Source: an uncultured Methylobacterium sp.
GTDB lineage: Bacteria > Pseudomonadota > Alphaproteobacteria > Rhizobiales > Beijerinckiaceae
Assembly: GCA_964242725.1 (NCBI GenBank)
Contig: CAXTCV010000004.1
Coordinates: 721 to 64,720 of the forward strand
DNA: 64,000 nucleotides
Reading direction: 5' to 3'
The notes below the pieces were generated by a model that saw only the letters and a list, made by a program, of their open reading frames with translations, was not told the DNA's origin and ran no database searches. This document shows positions 9,875-22,458 of this stretch, piece after piece (the stretch's first letter is position 1; every line of letters starts with the position of its first letter). The position numbers were made by a program, and so were the translations under genes.

Positions 9875-10462
9875 ATGACGGCGATGGTGATGAACCGGCG
9901 CGCTCTTCTCTTCTCCCTCGGCACGACTCTGGCGCTCGGCGGATGCCTGCGTCCGACCTTCCGAACCGACCAGCTCGATGCCACCGGCACCGGCTCGATC
10001 GCCGCCCGTTACACCCTCGCGGCGGGTGACAAGTTGCGGGTGATCGTCTTCGGCCAGGACAACCTGTCGAACATTTACGCGGTGGATGGGGCAGGGCGGA
10101 TCGCGATGCCGCTGATCGGCGTCGTCCAGGTCGGCGGCCAGACCACCGGGCAGGCCGCTCGCTCGATCGAGGCCAAGCTCGCCTCCGGCTTCGTCCGCGA
10201 GCCGCACGTCACGGTGGAGGTGGACGCCTACCGGCCGTTCTACATCCTCGGCGAGGTGACAACCTCCGGTCAGTACCCGTTCGTGAACGGCATGACGGTC
10301 GAAACGGCGGTGGCGATCGCGGCCGGCTTCGGCCCGCGCGCCGCCCGGGACTACGCCGTCCTCACCCGCGACACGGGCGGGAACCTGGTATCCGGCATCG
10401 TGCCGATGACCTATTCGGTCCGGCCGGGCGACACGATCGTGATCAAGGAGCGGTTCTTCTGA
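9875..10462 (+). CDS. Polysaccharide export outer-membrane lipoprotein (Wza/UppC-like)
   Basis: Lipobox LGGC, YTLAAGDKLRVIVFG, PLIG, GEV and PGDTI motifs. Confidence 0.92.
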   Translation: MTAMVMNRRALLFSLGTTLALGGCLRPTFRTDQLDATGTGSIAARYTLAAGDKLRVIVFGQDNLSNIYAVDGAGRIAMPLIGVVQVGGQTTGQAARSIEAKLASGFVREPHVTVEVDAYRPFYILGEVTTSGQYPFVNGMTVETAVAIAAGFGPRAARDYAVLTRDTGGNLVSGIVPMTYSVRPGDTIVIKERFF

Positions 10463-10474
10463 GTTCCGCTTGCG

Positions 10475-11101
10475 TCACTGCCCGCTCAGCCAGGGATTGA
10501 TGATCCGCATGGCGGTCCTCTGCGCGGGCATGGGCGTCGCGATGGGCGCCACGGCAGCGCTCGCGCGCGCCATCATACGATGCGCCTCCTGGGCTGGCCG
10601 CGAGCCGACTGGCGTGAAGAGGCCGGCAAGGACCTTGCGGGTGTTGCTGCTCACGAAGCGCGAGCCCTGCACCGGCGCGAAATCCCGCAATGCGTGGCGC
10701 GTGTCCGAACTGCCGGTGAAGACCCGCGCGCCGGAATTCAGCACGACGATGTCGCCCGGCCTCAGCGTCTCGTCCTGCAGGAGCGCCGAGGCGGCGCCGT
10801 CCTTCATGTCGAGCGGGGTCTGGCGGGGGCCGACCTCCGAGTCCTTCACACGGATCTTGACCGGGAGAGCCGCATAGCGCGTCTGAAGACGCCGGCGGGC
10901 CGCCCCGAGACGCGGCCGGTCACGGCGCCCGGCCGGGCTGTCGAGGGCGGGGGCTGGCGACGGCTGGACCTGCTGCGGCGCCGGCCGGGCGCCGAAGAGC
11001 ATCTCGAGGAAGCCGAGTTCGGCCGCTTCGGCGCGGGCACCGATCCCGATGACTAAACCCGCGGCGACGACAGCCGCGATGCCGCCCGTGCGAAGCCTCA
11101 T
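10475..11101 (-). CDS. Secreted hypothetical protein (resembles the C-terminal region of DUF2865-type proteins)
   Basis: Signal peptide (AEAAE), GFLEMLFG, DETLRPGDIVV...VFTG motif; GGAGG RBS. Confidence 0.7.
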   Translation of the reverse strand: MRLRTGGIAAVVAAGLVIGIGARAEAAELGFLEMLFGARPAPQQVQPSPAPALDSPAGRRDRPRLGAARRRLQTRYAALPVKIRVKDSEVGPRQTPLDMKDGAASALLQDETLRPGDIVVLNSGARVFTGSSDTRHALRDFAPVQGSRFVSSNTRKVLAGLFTPVGSRPAQEAHRMMARASAAVAPIATPMPAQRTAMRIINPWLSGQ

Positions 11102-11144
11102 AACGCCCTCCGGAACCGACGCCCGGAGCGAGCATCGGACCTTC

Positions 11145-11170
11145 AACCGCAAGCTGTGGGATTGGGTTCC
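11145..11170 (-). promoter_or_regulatory. Putative sigma-EcfG promoter
   Basis: GGAAC-N17-GGTT about 45 nt upstream of the ATG at 11101. Confidence 0.45.
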
Positions 11171-11330
11171 GAAATCGTGCCGCTGTGCAGTGCCGATTCG
11201 GATCTCCAACGAGATGTGCCTTATTCGCTGCGGAGCGGGAAGATTAGATTGCGCGAAACTGGTTCTGCCGAGGCCATACCCGAGGCTCGGCAAGGCTGGC
11301 ATCGGACGCGCGCGTCCATCGGGGGCGCAG

Positions 11331-11362
11331 CGGAGCCCCCGGAGGAGGGCTCCAGGGATCGC
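11331..11362. repeat. Degenerate dispersed palindromic repeat, copy 2
   Basis: GGAGCCC...GGGCTCC hairpin followed by CCAGGGATCGC, a string also present at about 38740. Confidence 0.4.
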
Positions 11363-11472
11363 AGTCTTTGCTGAGGGACTCGTTGGGGGCCCGCTGACAC
11401 GGGCGCCGCGGGATGGAGGGGGTCGGGTGAAGCCCCGGCGCCGGAACATCGCGCCGCGATCGCGGACCCTCG

Positions 11473-11721
11473 TCAGGCCGGCGCGGACTGCTCGCCCTCG
11501 CCGATGCAGTCGAGGGCGCGCTCGACCGCGCTCACCGCGTCGAGGAGGTGCTGCACCGTCTGCTCGACCTCGCGCGCCGGCCGACCCATCGCGGCGGCGC
11601 GCGCGCTCACATCCTCGAGCTGTTCCAGCAGGGTCAGGATGTCGCCGGCCACGGTCACGACTTCGCAGCGGGCGAGGCGTGGGACCGTCGGGCGCGGTCG
11701 GAAGGGCAAGACGTTGCTCAT
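11473..11721 (-). CDS. Hypothetical helical protein, 82 aa
   Basis: MSNVLPFRPRP start typical of alphaproteobacterial small proteins; amphipathic helices. Confidence 0.75.
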   Translation of the reverse strand: MSNVLPFRPRPTVPRLARCEVVTVAGDILTLLEQLEDVSARAAAMGRPAREVEQTVQHLLDAVSAVERALDCIGEGEQSAPA

Positions 11722-11990
11722 CGCCGATCGTTGTCGCCCGAAAGCTCCCGGATGCGCCAGGGGGTCTCGGCCGCGTTCAACACCATTGCCCGGGCCTATC
11801 CGCGGCAAACCGGGGGTGTGGTGGATTTTCCGTGGCGGCCATGCATCGGAGGCGGCGGAACGGCTTCACGCGGCGCGCATGCCCTTGACGGGACCTTCGC
11901 GGCTCTGACCATGTCTTGCCGATCGTTCGTTCGATCACCGACGGCCAAGACCCAGTCACCGGCCGGATTCGGTCTCCGCCAGGACATGTC

Positions 11991-12206
11991 ATGCGTTTCA
12001 CCCTCCTCGTCCTCTCCGCGCTGATGATCGGCGGCCTGGGCGCCTGCGCCACCGACGGTCCCGATTCCCGCAGCGGCCTCGCCGAGAGCTTCAACCTCGA
12101 CAATTACCGGGCCGCCGCCAACACCAACGGCACGCAATCGCGGCGGGACGTGAACCGCGCCTACACGCAGCCGACCCTGCCGACGATCGGCAATCGCGGG
12201 ATGTGA
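11991..12206 (+). CDS. Small lipoprotein
   Basis: Hydrophobic leader with lipobox LGAC; AGGA RBS. Confidence 0.8.
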   Translation: MRFTLLVLSALMIGGLGACATDGPDSRSGLAESFNLDNYRAAANTNGTQSRRDVNRAYTQPTLPTIGNRGM

Positions 12207-12216
12207 CGCAGCGCGC

Positions 12217-13281
12217 TCAGCGCTTCGTCAGGGCGTCCGCGAAGGTCGTGATCCGGTTCCGGGCATAGACCGGCAGGCCGGCGCTGATCGAGGTGCCGGT
12301 GTTGAAGCTCGAATTGCCCATCAGCACCTGCGCGGGCAGCAGGTTCTTCAGGACCGGGACCCGGGCGTACTCGGCCTTGCGGTCGAGGACATCGCCCTTG
12401 ATGGCCAGGGCCATGTAGGCGGTCACCACCGTCTTGCCCGGATCGTTCGGCATCGGCTGGAACACGGCCAGGAACTTGCCGAAGCGCAGGATCTGGTTGA
12501 CCCAGAAGATCGTCTGCTCGAGCCCGCCGACCACCGGCGTGTCGATCTTCGTCAGCGCCCCGAGCGGTGCCCCCTGGTCGGACCCGAGCACGCGCAGCTC
12601 GCTCTGGAACGACACGTACTCGGCGATCTTCTTCGACGAGCCGTCCTCCAGCTTGTTGGCGAGCTTGACGCCCAGCGGCAGCTTGCCTTCAAGGTCGTAG
12701 CGGGACTCGATGCAGGCACCCGCGCCCTCGCACCAGGGCCGGTCCGGCCGCTTCGCGAAGGCGGCCGCCGGATCCCTGTTGGGGGTCACGTCGGCGGCCG
12801 AGACCGCGCGATGCTTGATCGCCGGATCCATCGTCTGGACGAAGGCGAGGTTGGCGAAGGACGCGATGTCGATCGACTCGGCCGGACGCGGCACCAGGAA
12901 GCGTCCCTCGGCTACGTAGATCTTCAGGGTCTCGTGCCGGGGCTTGGACACGCCGTTCACCGTGACGGTGTAGTCCGGCTCCTTATAGCCCGGATAGGGC
13001 GCGAGCACCGCGGCCTCGGCCGGCCGCGCCTTCTGCCAGTCGAGATACGGGATCAGTCCGTTCTCCGGCGTCGCGGGCTTGTCGCGGTGGTCGGTGAACA
13101 GGATCTCGCCCGGCTTGATCGTGGCCGGATCGACGGCCGTGACCGACGGCACCTCCCGGATCCGCTCGGTCGCTTGTACCGGGGTGGTGTTGGCGGCGGG
13201 CGTCTGCGCGCCAACCGGGATCGCGGCCGTCAGCACGAGGGCGAGGGCGGCGGGAAGCTGCGTTCGCAACGGGTGTCTCAT
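12217..13281 (-). CDS. Secreted hypothetical protein, probably co-transcribed with PBP1A
   Basis: Signal peptide, strong GC3 codon bias, 16-bp gap after the PBP1A stop. Confidence 0.82.
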   Translation of the reverse strand: MRHPLRTQLPAALALVLTAAIPVGAQTPAANTTPVQATERIREVPSVTAVDPATIKPGEILFTDHRDKPATPENGLIPYLDWQKARPAEAAVLAPYPGYKEPDYTVTVNGVSKPRHETLKIYVAEGRFLVPRPAESIDIASFANLAFVQTMDPAIKHRAVSAADVTPNRDPAAAFAKRPDRPWCEGAGACIESRYDLEGKLPLGVKLANKLEDGSSKKIAEYVSFQSELRVLGSDQGAPLGALTKIDTPVVGGLEQTIFWVNQILRFGKFLAVFQPMPNDPGKTVVTAYMALAIKGDVLDRKAEYARVPVLKNLLPAQVLMGNSSFNTGTSISAGLPVYARNRITTFADALTKR

Positions 13282-13297
13282 CTCTCGGGGCGGGCGG

Positions 13298-16200
13298 TCA
13301 GAAGCCGGATTCTTCGCCGAACAGGTAGTCCGGATCGCGGCGGCGCGGCCGGCGCGCGCCGTCATCCCCGAACGGCGAGCGCGCGGATTGGCCCGGCCAG
13401 GGCCTGTAGGGGTCCTGGCCCGTCGGATCCAGGTCCCCCTGCGCACGGCGGCTGCGCGGTGGCGGGCGGTCGCCGAACGGATCCAGCGGATCGGCGCGGG
13501 GCCGTTCGCCGGTCATGTTCCCGTCGTAGTCCCCCGCGACGCTCGCGCCGTCGTCGGGTCCGGTGAGGTCGCCGTCCTGGGCGTCCGGCCGCATGGCGTA
13601 GAGGGTCTCGCGCGGGACGAGGCGATATTGGGTGTCGGCCATGCGGCCGTCGCCGCTGGTGCGGAAATGCTCGAGGAAGCCGCCGCCCGCGATGCGCACG
13701 CCGCTGTGCGGGTCGACCGGCAGGTCGGCGATGAACGGCCGCGCCTCGGGGGAGGGGCCGCGCAGCGGCGTCTTCGGCACGCCGTTGGCCCAGGCTGCCT
13801 GCAGGATCGCGGAGGCGATGGGGACCGAGACGTGGCCACCGGTCTGGCCGCGGCCGAGGGTCTTCCGGCTGCCATCGGCATTGTCGTAGCCGACCCACAC
13901 CACCACGGTGATCTCGTTGGTCAGGCCCGCGAACCACGCGTCGTTCTCGTTCTCCGAGGTGCCGGTCTTGCCGGCCACATAGGCCGAGACCTTCGCCAAA
14001 GCCGCTGCCGTGCCGTGCTGGGTCACACCCTGGAGCATGGTCTTGAGCTGGTAGAAGGCCACCCGGTCGGCCGAGCCGATCCGGACGGGTTCGCGGGGGG
14101 CGTGCATGTAGACCGGCTTGCCGTCCCGCTCCACCGATTCGAGCGCGTAGGGCGCCGGCCGCGCGCCCTCGTTGGCCACGGCCGCGTAGAACCCGGCGAG
14201 GTCGAGCATCCGCACCGGTTGGGCGCCGAGCACGAACGGATAATAGGGCTCGCATTCGGCGTAGATCTGCACTTCGAGGGCGATGTCGCAGACCCGCTTC
14301 AGGCTCGCGGGGGCCTTCGGCGCGATGCCGCCCTGGAGCAGGCGGGCGGTGACGAGGTTCTTCGAGAATTCGAGGCCGCGCCGCAGGGTCGTCGGCCCCG
14401 AGCCGCCGCCCTCGTAGTTCTTCGGCGACCAGGAATCGCCGGTCCCGCCGATCGGCGGCAGCGTGACGGGCGAATCGAGCACGAGGGTGTTCGGTTGCAG
14501 GCCGGCATTCAGGGCCGCGAGATAGGTGAGCGGCTTCAGGGTCGAGCCGGGCTGGCGCACCGTCTGGGTGACCCGGTTGAGCTGGCTCAAGGGATAGGAG
14601 AAGCCGCCGGTCATCGCGAGGATCCGGCCGGTCTGGTTCTCCACGACGAGGGCCGCGCCCTGCACGGTCGGGCGGACGCGGATCTGGGCGCGCGGGCCGC
14701 CCTTGCCGGCGGTGAGCTTCACCCGCACCACGTCGTAGGCCTGCAGCCGCCCGCGGGCGATGCCGGGATCGAGGAAGGCCGTGCGGCCGTCCGCCAGCCC
14801 GATCTTGATGCCGCCGCGCCCGGTCTCCAGAACCACGGCCATGGGCCAGCGCACGTCGTAGAGGACCGGCCGCACGCTCTCCAGCGCCAGGAGCCAGGCC
14901 GGCTTGCGCTGGGGTGTCGCCGCGCTGCCCGGCAGGGCCCGGACCGGCGGCTTCACGGCATCCGCCCGGGCCCCCGTGACGGACGGGGCCGCCTGCGGGG
15001 ATCCCTCCGGTGCCGGCGTCGCGGCCTGGATGCGGCGGACGCTGTCGGCGAGGTTGAGCTCGGCGCCCGAAAAGGTCTGGCGCCCGGTCGAACGCTCGTA
15101 GGCGGCGAGGCCGTCTTGCAGCGCCTCCTCGACCCCCCGCTGCAGGCCGGCATTGATCGTCGAGCGGACGGTGAGCGAGCCGGCGGTGAGCGAGTCCACC
15201 CCCGCGAAGGTGCGCGCCTCCCGGTTGAGGAAATCGACGACGTAGAAGCCGGAATCGCGCCGCGCCGCCTCGATCGGCTTCAGGCCGAGATCCGACTTGA
15301 TCGCCGTGGCCATCTCGGCCTCGGTGATCGTGCCTTCTTCCTTGAGGCGGGACAGCACGTAGGCCCGCCGCTCCCGTGCCCGGTCGGGATACTTGTCGGG
15401 GCTGTAGAAGTTCGGCCCCTTCGGCATGCCGGCGAGTAGCGCCGCCTCGGGCAGGGTCAGCTGAGCCACCGGCTTCCCGAAATAGCTCTCCGCCGCCATC
15501 TCGATGCCGTAGGCACCGCGGCCGAGATAGATTCCGTTGAGGTACAGGCCGAGGATCTGCGGCTTGGTGAGGATCCGCTCCAGCCGCGACGCGACGATCA
15601 TCTCGCGGATCTTGCGCTCGTAGGTGACGTCGTCACCCACCGAGAGATTCTTGACCACCTGCTGGGTGATGGTCGAGCCGCCGGCGGGCCGTCCCGGCGA
15701 GGCGAGGTTGCCGATGAAGGCGCGGATCACCCCGCGCTCGTCGATGCCGTGATGGCTCTCGAAGCGCTTGTCCTCGGCGGCGATGAAGGCCTTCTGCACG
15801 AGCGTCGGGACGGAGGTGACCGGGACGACGATACGGCGCCCGTTCGGCTCGGAGGCCTCGGCGAAGGGCTTGCCGGCGCCGTCGAGGATCCGGGTCATGC
15901 CGGGCAGCGCCTTGTCGCGCAGGGCCTCGGCGCTGGGCAGGTCCTTGGTGGCGTTGTCGTAGAACTCGATCACCGCCCGGGCGTCGAAGGGCGAGTTCGC
16001 CGGGTCCTCGCCCTTGCAGAACTGCTTGTAGCTGACGTTGAGCTCGTTGATGTCGAGCCCATGCAGGATCTTCGGCGCATCCGGACCGGCGACGGTCGAC
16101 GGGTCTTCCATGGCCGTGGAGATCAACTCGTCGAGGTTGATGTCCTCGATGTCGAACGACTTGCGCATGTGGGCGCAGCCGTCGCGCAGCAGCCGCACCA

Positions 16201-16312
16201 CCTCCGGACCGTCGGTCGCCGGATCGAATCGGGTCCGGACCGCCTCCGGCCGGGTCGTGACCTGGCTCAGGGTCAGGGCGGTCGCGAACAGCTTGATCAG
16301 GATGGCGTTCAT
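13298..16312 (-). CDS. Class A penicillin-binding protein (PBP1A family)
   Basis: GT51 motifs EDKRF..HHG, GGSTITQQVVKN and RKIRE; transpeptidase motifs STLK, SKN and KTG. Confidence 0.95.
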   Translation of the reverse strand: MNAILIKLFATALTLSQVTTRPEAVRTRFDPATDGPEVVRLLRDGCAHMRKSFDIEDINLDELISTAMEDPSTVAGPDAPKILHGLDINELNVSYKQFCKGEDPANSPFDARAVIEFYDNATKDLPSAEALRDKALPGMTRILDGAGKPFAEASEPNGRRIVVPVTSVPTLVQKAFIAAEDKRFESHHGIDERGVIRAFIGNLASPGRPAGGSTITQQVVKNLSVGDDVTYERKIREMIVASRLERILTKPQILGLYLNGIYLGRGAYGIEMAAESYFGKPVAQLTLPEAALLAGMPKGPNFYSPDKYPDRARERRAYVLSRLKEEGTITEAEMATAIKSDLGLKPIEAARRDSGFYVVDFLNREARTFAGVDSLTAGSLTVRSTINAGLQRGVEEALQDGLAAYERSTGRQTFSGAELNLADSVRRIQAATPAPEGSPQAAPSVTGARADAVKPPVRALPGSAATPQRKPAWLLALESVRPVLYDVRWPMAVVLETGRGGIKIGLADGRTAFLDPGIARGRLQAYDVVRVKLTAGKGGPRAQIRVRPTVQGAALVVENQTGRILAMTGGFSYPLSQLNRVTQTVRQPGSTLKPLTYLAALNAGLQPNTLVLDSPVTLPPIGGTGDSWSPKNYEGGGSGPTTLRRGLEFSKNLVTARLLQGGIAPKAPASLKRVCDIALEVQIYAECEPYYPFVLGAQPVRMLDLAGFYAAVANEGARPAPYALESVERDGKPVYMHAPREPVRIGSADRVAFYQLKTMLQGVTQHGTAAALAKVSAYVAGKTGTSENENDAWFAGLTNEITVVVWVGYDNADGSRKTLGRGQTGGHVSVPIASAILQAAWANGVPKTPLRGPSPEARPFIADLPVDPHSGVRIAGGGFLEHFRTSGDGRMADTQYRLVPRETLYAMRPDAQDGDLTGPDDGASVAGDYDGNMTGERPRADPLDPFGDRPPPRSRRAQGDLDPTGQDPYRPWPGQSARSPFGDDGARRPRRRDPDYLFGEESGF

Positions 16313-16413
16313 GCGGGCCGGGTTCGGGGGACTCGACTGGACGGGCCGGACCGTCCCGGCGCGCGCCCGAACAGGGCGTGCACAACGCGGCTGATTTAAG
16401 GACGGCGCCGACG

Positions 16414-16439
16414 GCAACGCTTTCGCCGGGTCTCACGTT
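16414..16439 (+). promoter_or_regulatory. Putative sigma-EcfG promoter of the TreS-like gene
   Basis: GCAAC-N17-CGTT ending about 30 nt before the ATG at 16469. Confidence 0.55.
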
Positions 16440-16468
16440 CGTGATGCGCGAGACCGCCGGGGGGCCGC

Positions 16469-18136
16469 ATGATCAACGACCTGTGGTACAAGAACGCGAT
16501 CATCTACTGCCTGTCGGTCGGCACCTTCATGGATGCAAACGGCGACGGCGTCGGGGACTTCGCCGGTCTCGAGCGCAGGCTCGACTACATCCAGGGCCTC
16601 GGCGCCACCGCGATCTGGCTGATGCCGTTCCAGCCCTCGCCCCAGAGGGACGGCGGTTACGATATCGCCGACTACTACGGCGTCGATCCCGCCTACGGGT
16701 CGCTGGGCGACTTCGTGGCCTTCACGCACGCGGCCAAGCAGCGGGGCCTGCGGGTGCTCATCGACCTCGTGGTCAACCACACCTCGGACCGGCATCCCTG
16801 GTTCCAGTCCGCCCGCTCCGACCCGAACTCGCCCTATCGCGACTGGTACGTGTGGTCGGAGGAGCGGCCCGCCACCGCCGAGGAGGGCATGGTCTTCCCG
16901 GGCGTCCAGGACACGACCTGGACCTACGACGCGAAGGCCAAGGCCTGGTACTTCCACCGATTCTTCGAGTTCCAGCCCGATCTCAACACCGCCAATCCCG
17001 AGGTGCTGGCCGAGATCCTGAAGATCATGGGCTTCTGGATCCAGCTCGGCGTCTCAGGATTCCGCATGGACGCGGTGCCGTTCGTGATCGCCGAGAAGGG
17101 GGCTGATGTCGGCGGCAAGCCGCGCGAACAGTTCGACATGCTGCGCGACTTCCGGGAGTTCCTGCAGTGGCGCCAGGGCGACGCGATCATCCTGGCCGAG
17201 GCCAACATCCTGCCCAAGCAGGATTTCGACTATTTCGGCGACGACGCCGACCGCATGCACATGATGTTCAACTTCCAGGTCAATCAGGCGACCTTCTACG
17301 CCCTGGCGGCGCATGACGCGCGGCCGCTGGTCAAAGCGATCGAGAAGACGAAGCCGCGCCCGCTCTCATGCCAATGGGGCATCTTCCTGCGCAACCACGA
17401 CGAGCTGGACCTCGGCCGCCTCACCGAGGCGCAGCGGCAGGCCGTGTTCGCGTCGTTCGGTCCAGAGGCGCGGATGCAGCTCTACGACCGGGGCATCCGG
17501 CGGCGCTTCGCCCCGATGCTGGCGGGGGATCCGCGGCGGATCCGGCTCGCCTACTCGCTGATGTTCACCCTGCCCGGGACGCCGGTGCTGCGCTACGGCG
17601 ACGAGATCGGCATGGGCGACGAGCTCACCCTCAAGGAGCGGGACTGCGCGCGCACGCCGATGCAATGGACCGGCGAGCACCAGGGCGGCTTCTCGAAGGC
17701 CGACACGACCGTGCTGCCGGTGATCGACCACGGGCCCTACGGCTACGCGCACGTCAACGTCGCCGATCAGCGGCACGAGAAGGAGTCCCTCCTCAACTGG
17801 ATGCAGAGCATCATCCGTCAGCGCAAGGAGACCCCCGAGATCGGCTGGGGCGACGTCGCCGCCGTGCCGACGGGCAGGCCCTCGGTCCTGGCCCTGCGCT
17901 ACGCGTGGCGCGGCAACACCGTGCTCTGCGTTCACAATCTCGCGGCGGAACCTGTCGAGATCGCCATCGCATCCGGCAGCCCCGATCCCGGGCACGACGT
18001 GATGATCGACGTGCTCACCGGTGTTCGCAGCGCGGTTCGCGACGACGGCACGCACTGCCTCTACCTGGAGGGCTATGGCTACCACTGGTTCCGGGTCGGC
18101 GGGCTCGACGCGCTGCTGAAGCGGCGTCCCGCCTGA
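16469..18136 (+). CDS. GH13 trehalose synthase-like alpha-amylase family protein
   Basis: WYKNAIIY, DGGYDI, DLVVNHTS, GFRMDAVP, LAEAN, FLRNHDEL and YGDEIGM motifs. Confidence 0.92.
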   Translation: MINDLWYKNAIIYCLSVGTFMDANGDGVGDFAGLERRLDYIQGLGATAIWLMPFQPSPQRDGGYDIADYYGVDPAYGSLGDFVAFTHAAKQRGLRVLIDLVVNHTSDRHPWFQSARSDPNSPYRDWYVWSEERPATAEEGMVFPGVQDTTWTYDAKAKAWYFHRFFEFQPDLNTANPEVLAEILKIMGFWIQLGVSGFRMDAVPFVIAEKGADVGGKPREQFDMLRDFREFLQWRQGDAIILAEANILPKQDFDYFGDDADRMHMMFNFQVNQATFYALAAHDARPLVKAIEKTKPRPLSCQWGIFLRNHDELDLGRLTEAQRQAVFASFGPEARMQLYDRGIRRRFAPMLAGDPRRIRLAYSLMFTLPGTPVLRYGDEIGMGDELTLKERDCARTPMQWTGEHQGGFSKADTTVLPVIDHGPYGYAHVNVADQRHEKESLLNWMQSIIRQRKETPEIGWGDVAAVPTGRPSVLALRYAWRGNTVLCVHNLAAEPVEIAIASGSPDPGHDVMIDVLTGVRSAVRDDGTHCLYLEGYGYHWFRVGGLDALLKRRPA

Positions 18137-18222
18137 CGCTCACCCGAGGGTGTGCGCGGTCGCCGATCGCGCTACTAGGAGCACGAACGCGCCCGCCGGG
18201 CGCCGTCAGGACAGGTCACGCG

Positions 18223-18867
18223 ATGCCAGGAACGCCCCGCGCCGGGATCATCCCCGTCACGCCCTTCCAGCAGAACTGCACCCTGATCTGGGACGATGCC
18301 ACCAAGGTCGGCGCGGTGGTCGATCCCGGCGGCGACCTCGACCGGATCGAGGCAGCGATCCGCGAGCACGGCGTGCAGGTGGAGAAGATCCTGCTCACCC
18401 ACGGCCATGTCGACCACGCCGCCGGCGCTGACGAGATGCGCGAGCGTCTGGGCGTGCCGATCGAGGGGCCGCACCGCGCCGACAAGTTCCTCCTCGACTC
18501 GCTCCCCGAGACGGCGGCCAATTACGGCCTCGGCGACGCCCGCGCCGTCACGCCGGACCGCTGGCTCGACGACGGCGACGCGGTGACGGTCGGCGGCCTC
18601 GAATTCGATATCCTCCACTGTCCGGGCCATTCCCCCGGCAGCGTGGTCTTCGTGAGTCGGGATGCGCGCTTCGCCCTGGTCGGCGACGTGGTGTTCAAGG
18701 GCTCGGTCGGCCGCACCGACCTGCCCGGGGGCAACCACGACCAGCTCATCCGGGCGATCATGGAGAAGGTGCTACCGCTCGGCGACGACGTGGCCTTCAT
18801 CCCCGGTCACGGACCGACCGGCACGCTCGGCGAGGAGCGCGTCTCCAACCCGTTCCTGCAGGGCTGA
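18223..18867 (+). CDS. MBL-fold metallo-hydrolase (GloC/YcbL-like)
   Basis: PVTPFQQNC, THGHVDHA, PGHSPG, GRTDLPGG and PGHG motifs. Confidence 0.93.
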   Translation: MPGTPRAGIIPVTPFQQNCTLIWDDATKVGAVVDPGGDLDRIEAAIREHGVQVEKILLTHGHVDHAAGADEMRERLGVPIEGPHRADKFLLDSLPETAANYGLGDARAVTPDRWLDDGDAVTVGGLEFDILHCPGHSPGSVVFVSRDARFALVGDVVFKGSVGRTDLPGGNHDQLIRAIMEKVLPLGDDVAFIPGHGPTGTLGEERVSNPFLQG

Positions 18868-18871
18868 TGTC

Positions 18872-19834
18872 ATGGACAAGCGCCGCATCGGCCGCTCCGA
18901 CCTCACGGTCGCGCCCTTCTGCCTCGGCGGCAACGTCTTCGGATGGACCGCCGACGAGACCGCCTCCTTCGCGATCCTCGACCGCTTCGTGGAGCGCGGC
19001 TTCGACTTCATCGACACCGCCGATGTCTACTCGCGCTGGGCGCCGGGCCATGTCGGCGGAGAATCCGAAGCGGTGATCGGGCGCTGGCTCGCCGCCCGCC
19101 CGGGCGTCCGCGACCGGATCGTACTCGCCACCAAGGTCGGGATGGATCTGGGCGAGGCCGGAAAGGGCCTCTCGGCGCTGCACATCGAGCGCGCCTGCGT
19201 GGCGTCGCTGCGGCGGCTCCGGACCGACCGCATCGACCTCTACCAGTCGCATCTCGACGACGGCGACGTGCCCCTCGACGAGACGCTGCGGGCCTACGAG
19301 CGCCTGATCGCCGGCGGGAAGGTCCGCGCCATCGGCGCCTCGAATTACGCCCCGCCGCGGCTCGCCGAGGCGCTGGCGCTCTCGGCCGCTGCGGGCCTGC
19401 CGCGCTACGAGTGCCTGCAGCCGGACTACAGCCTCGCCGCCCGCGGTTACGAGGCCGAACTGGAGCCGCTGTGCCGCGCCGAGCAGATCGGCGTCATCGG
19501 CTATTTCTCCCTCGCGGCGGGGTTCCTGACCGGCAAGTACCGATCCGCGGCGGATGCCGCCGGACGGGCGCGGGAGGACCGTGTCGCCAAGTACATCAAC
19601 CCGCGCGGCCTCGCCCTGCTCGACGCCCTCGACGCGGTCGCGGCGGCGCATGGGGCGAGCCCGGCCCAGGTGGCTTTGGCCTGGGTGATCGCCCGCCCCG
19701 GGATCACCGCCCCCATCGCCAGCGCGACCTCCGTGGCGCAGCTCGACGAATTGCTCGGCGCTGCCGGGCTGACCCTGTCGGCGGAGGCGATCGACCGGCT
19801 GGATACGGTAAGCGCTGGCGATATCGAGGGCTAA
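18872..19834 (+). CDS. Aldo/keto reductase
   Basis: LGGNVFG, DTADVY, ATKVG, IDLYQSH and IGASN motifs. Confidence 0.93.
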   Translation: MDKRRIGRSDLTVAPFCLGGNVFGWTADETASFAILDRFVERGFDFIDTADVYSRWAPGHVGGESEAVIGRWLAARPGVRDRIVLATKVGMDLGEAGKGLSALHIERACVASLRRLRTDRIDLYQSHLDDGDVPLDETLRAYERLIAGGKVRAIGASNYAPPRLAEALALSAAAGLPRYECLQPDYSLAARGYEAELEPLCRAEQIGVIGYFSLAAGFLTGKYRSAADAAGRAREDRVAKYINPRGLALLDALDAVAAAHGASPAQVALAWVIARPGITAPIASATSVAQLDELLGAAGLTLSAEAIDRLDTVSAGDIEG

Positions 19835-19989
19835 CGCCGCGTTAAGGCGAGAGCCTCAGAAAGGAGCGGATCGGGTCTGCCGCGACCGCGCAAAAATCGT
19901 GCAATCTCAAGGTGGAACCCTTATATCAGGCGGATTGAGTGAGAGTTCAGGCGTGGGCGCCTGACGGCGCGAGGCCCTCCGCCGCGTGA

Positions 19990-22458
<2,469 letters not shown>

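Noticed and set aside
17368-18867. Apparent 499-aa MBL hydrolase fusion
   Set aside because: The N-terminal part is an off-frame read of the GH13 gene; the real start is 18223.
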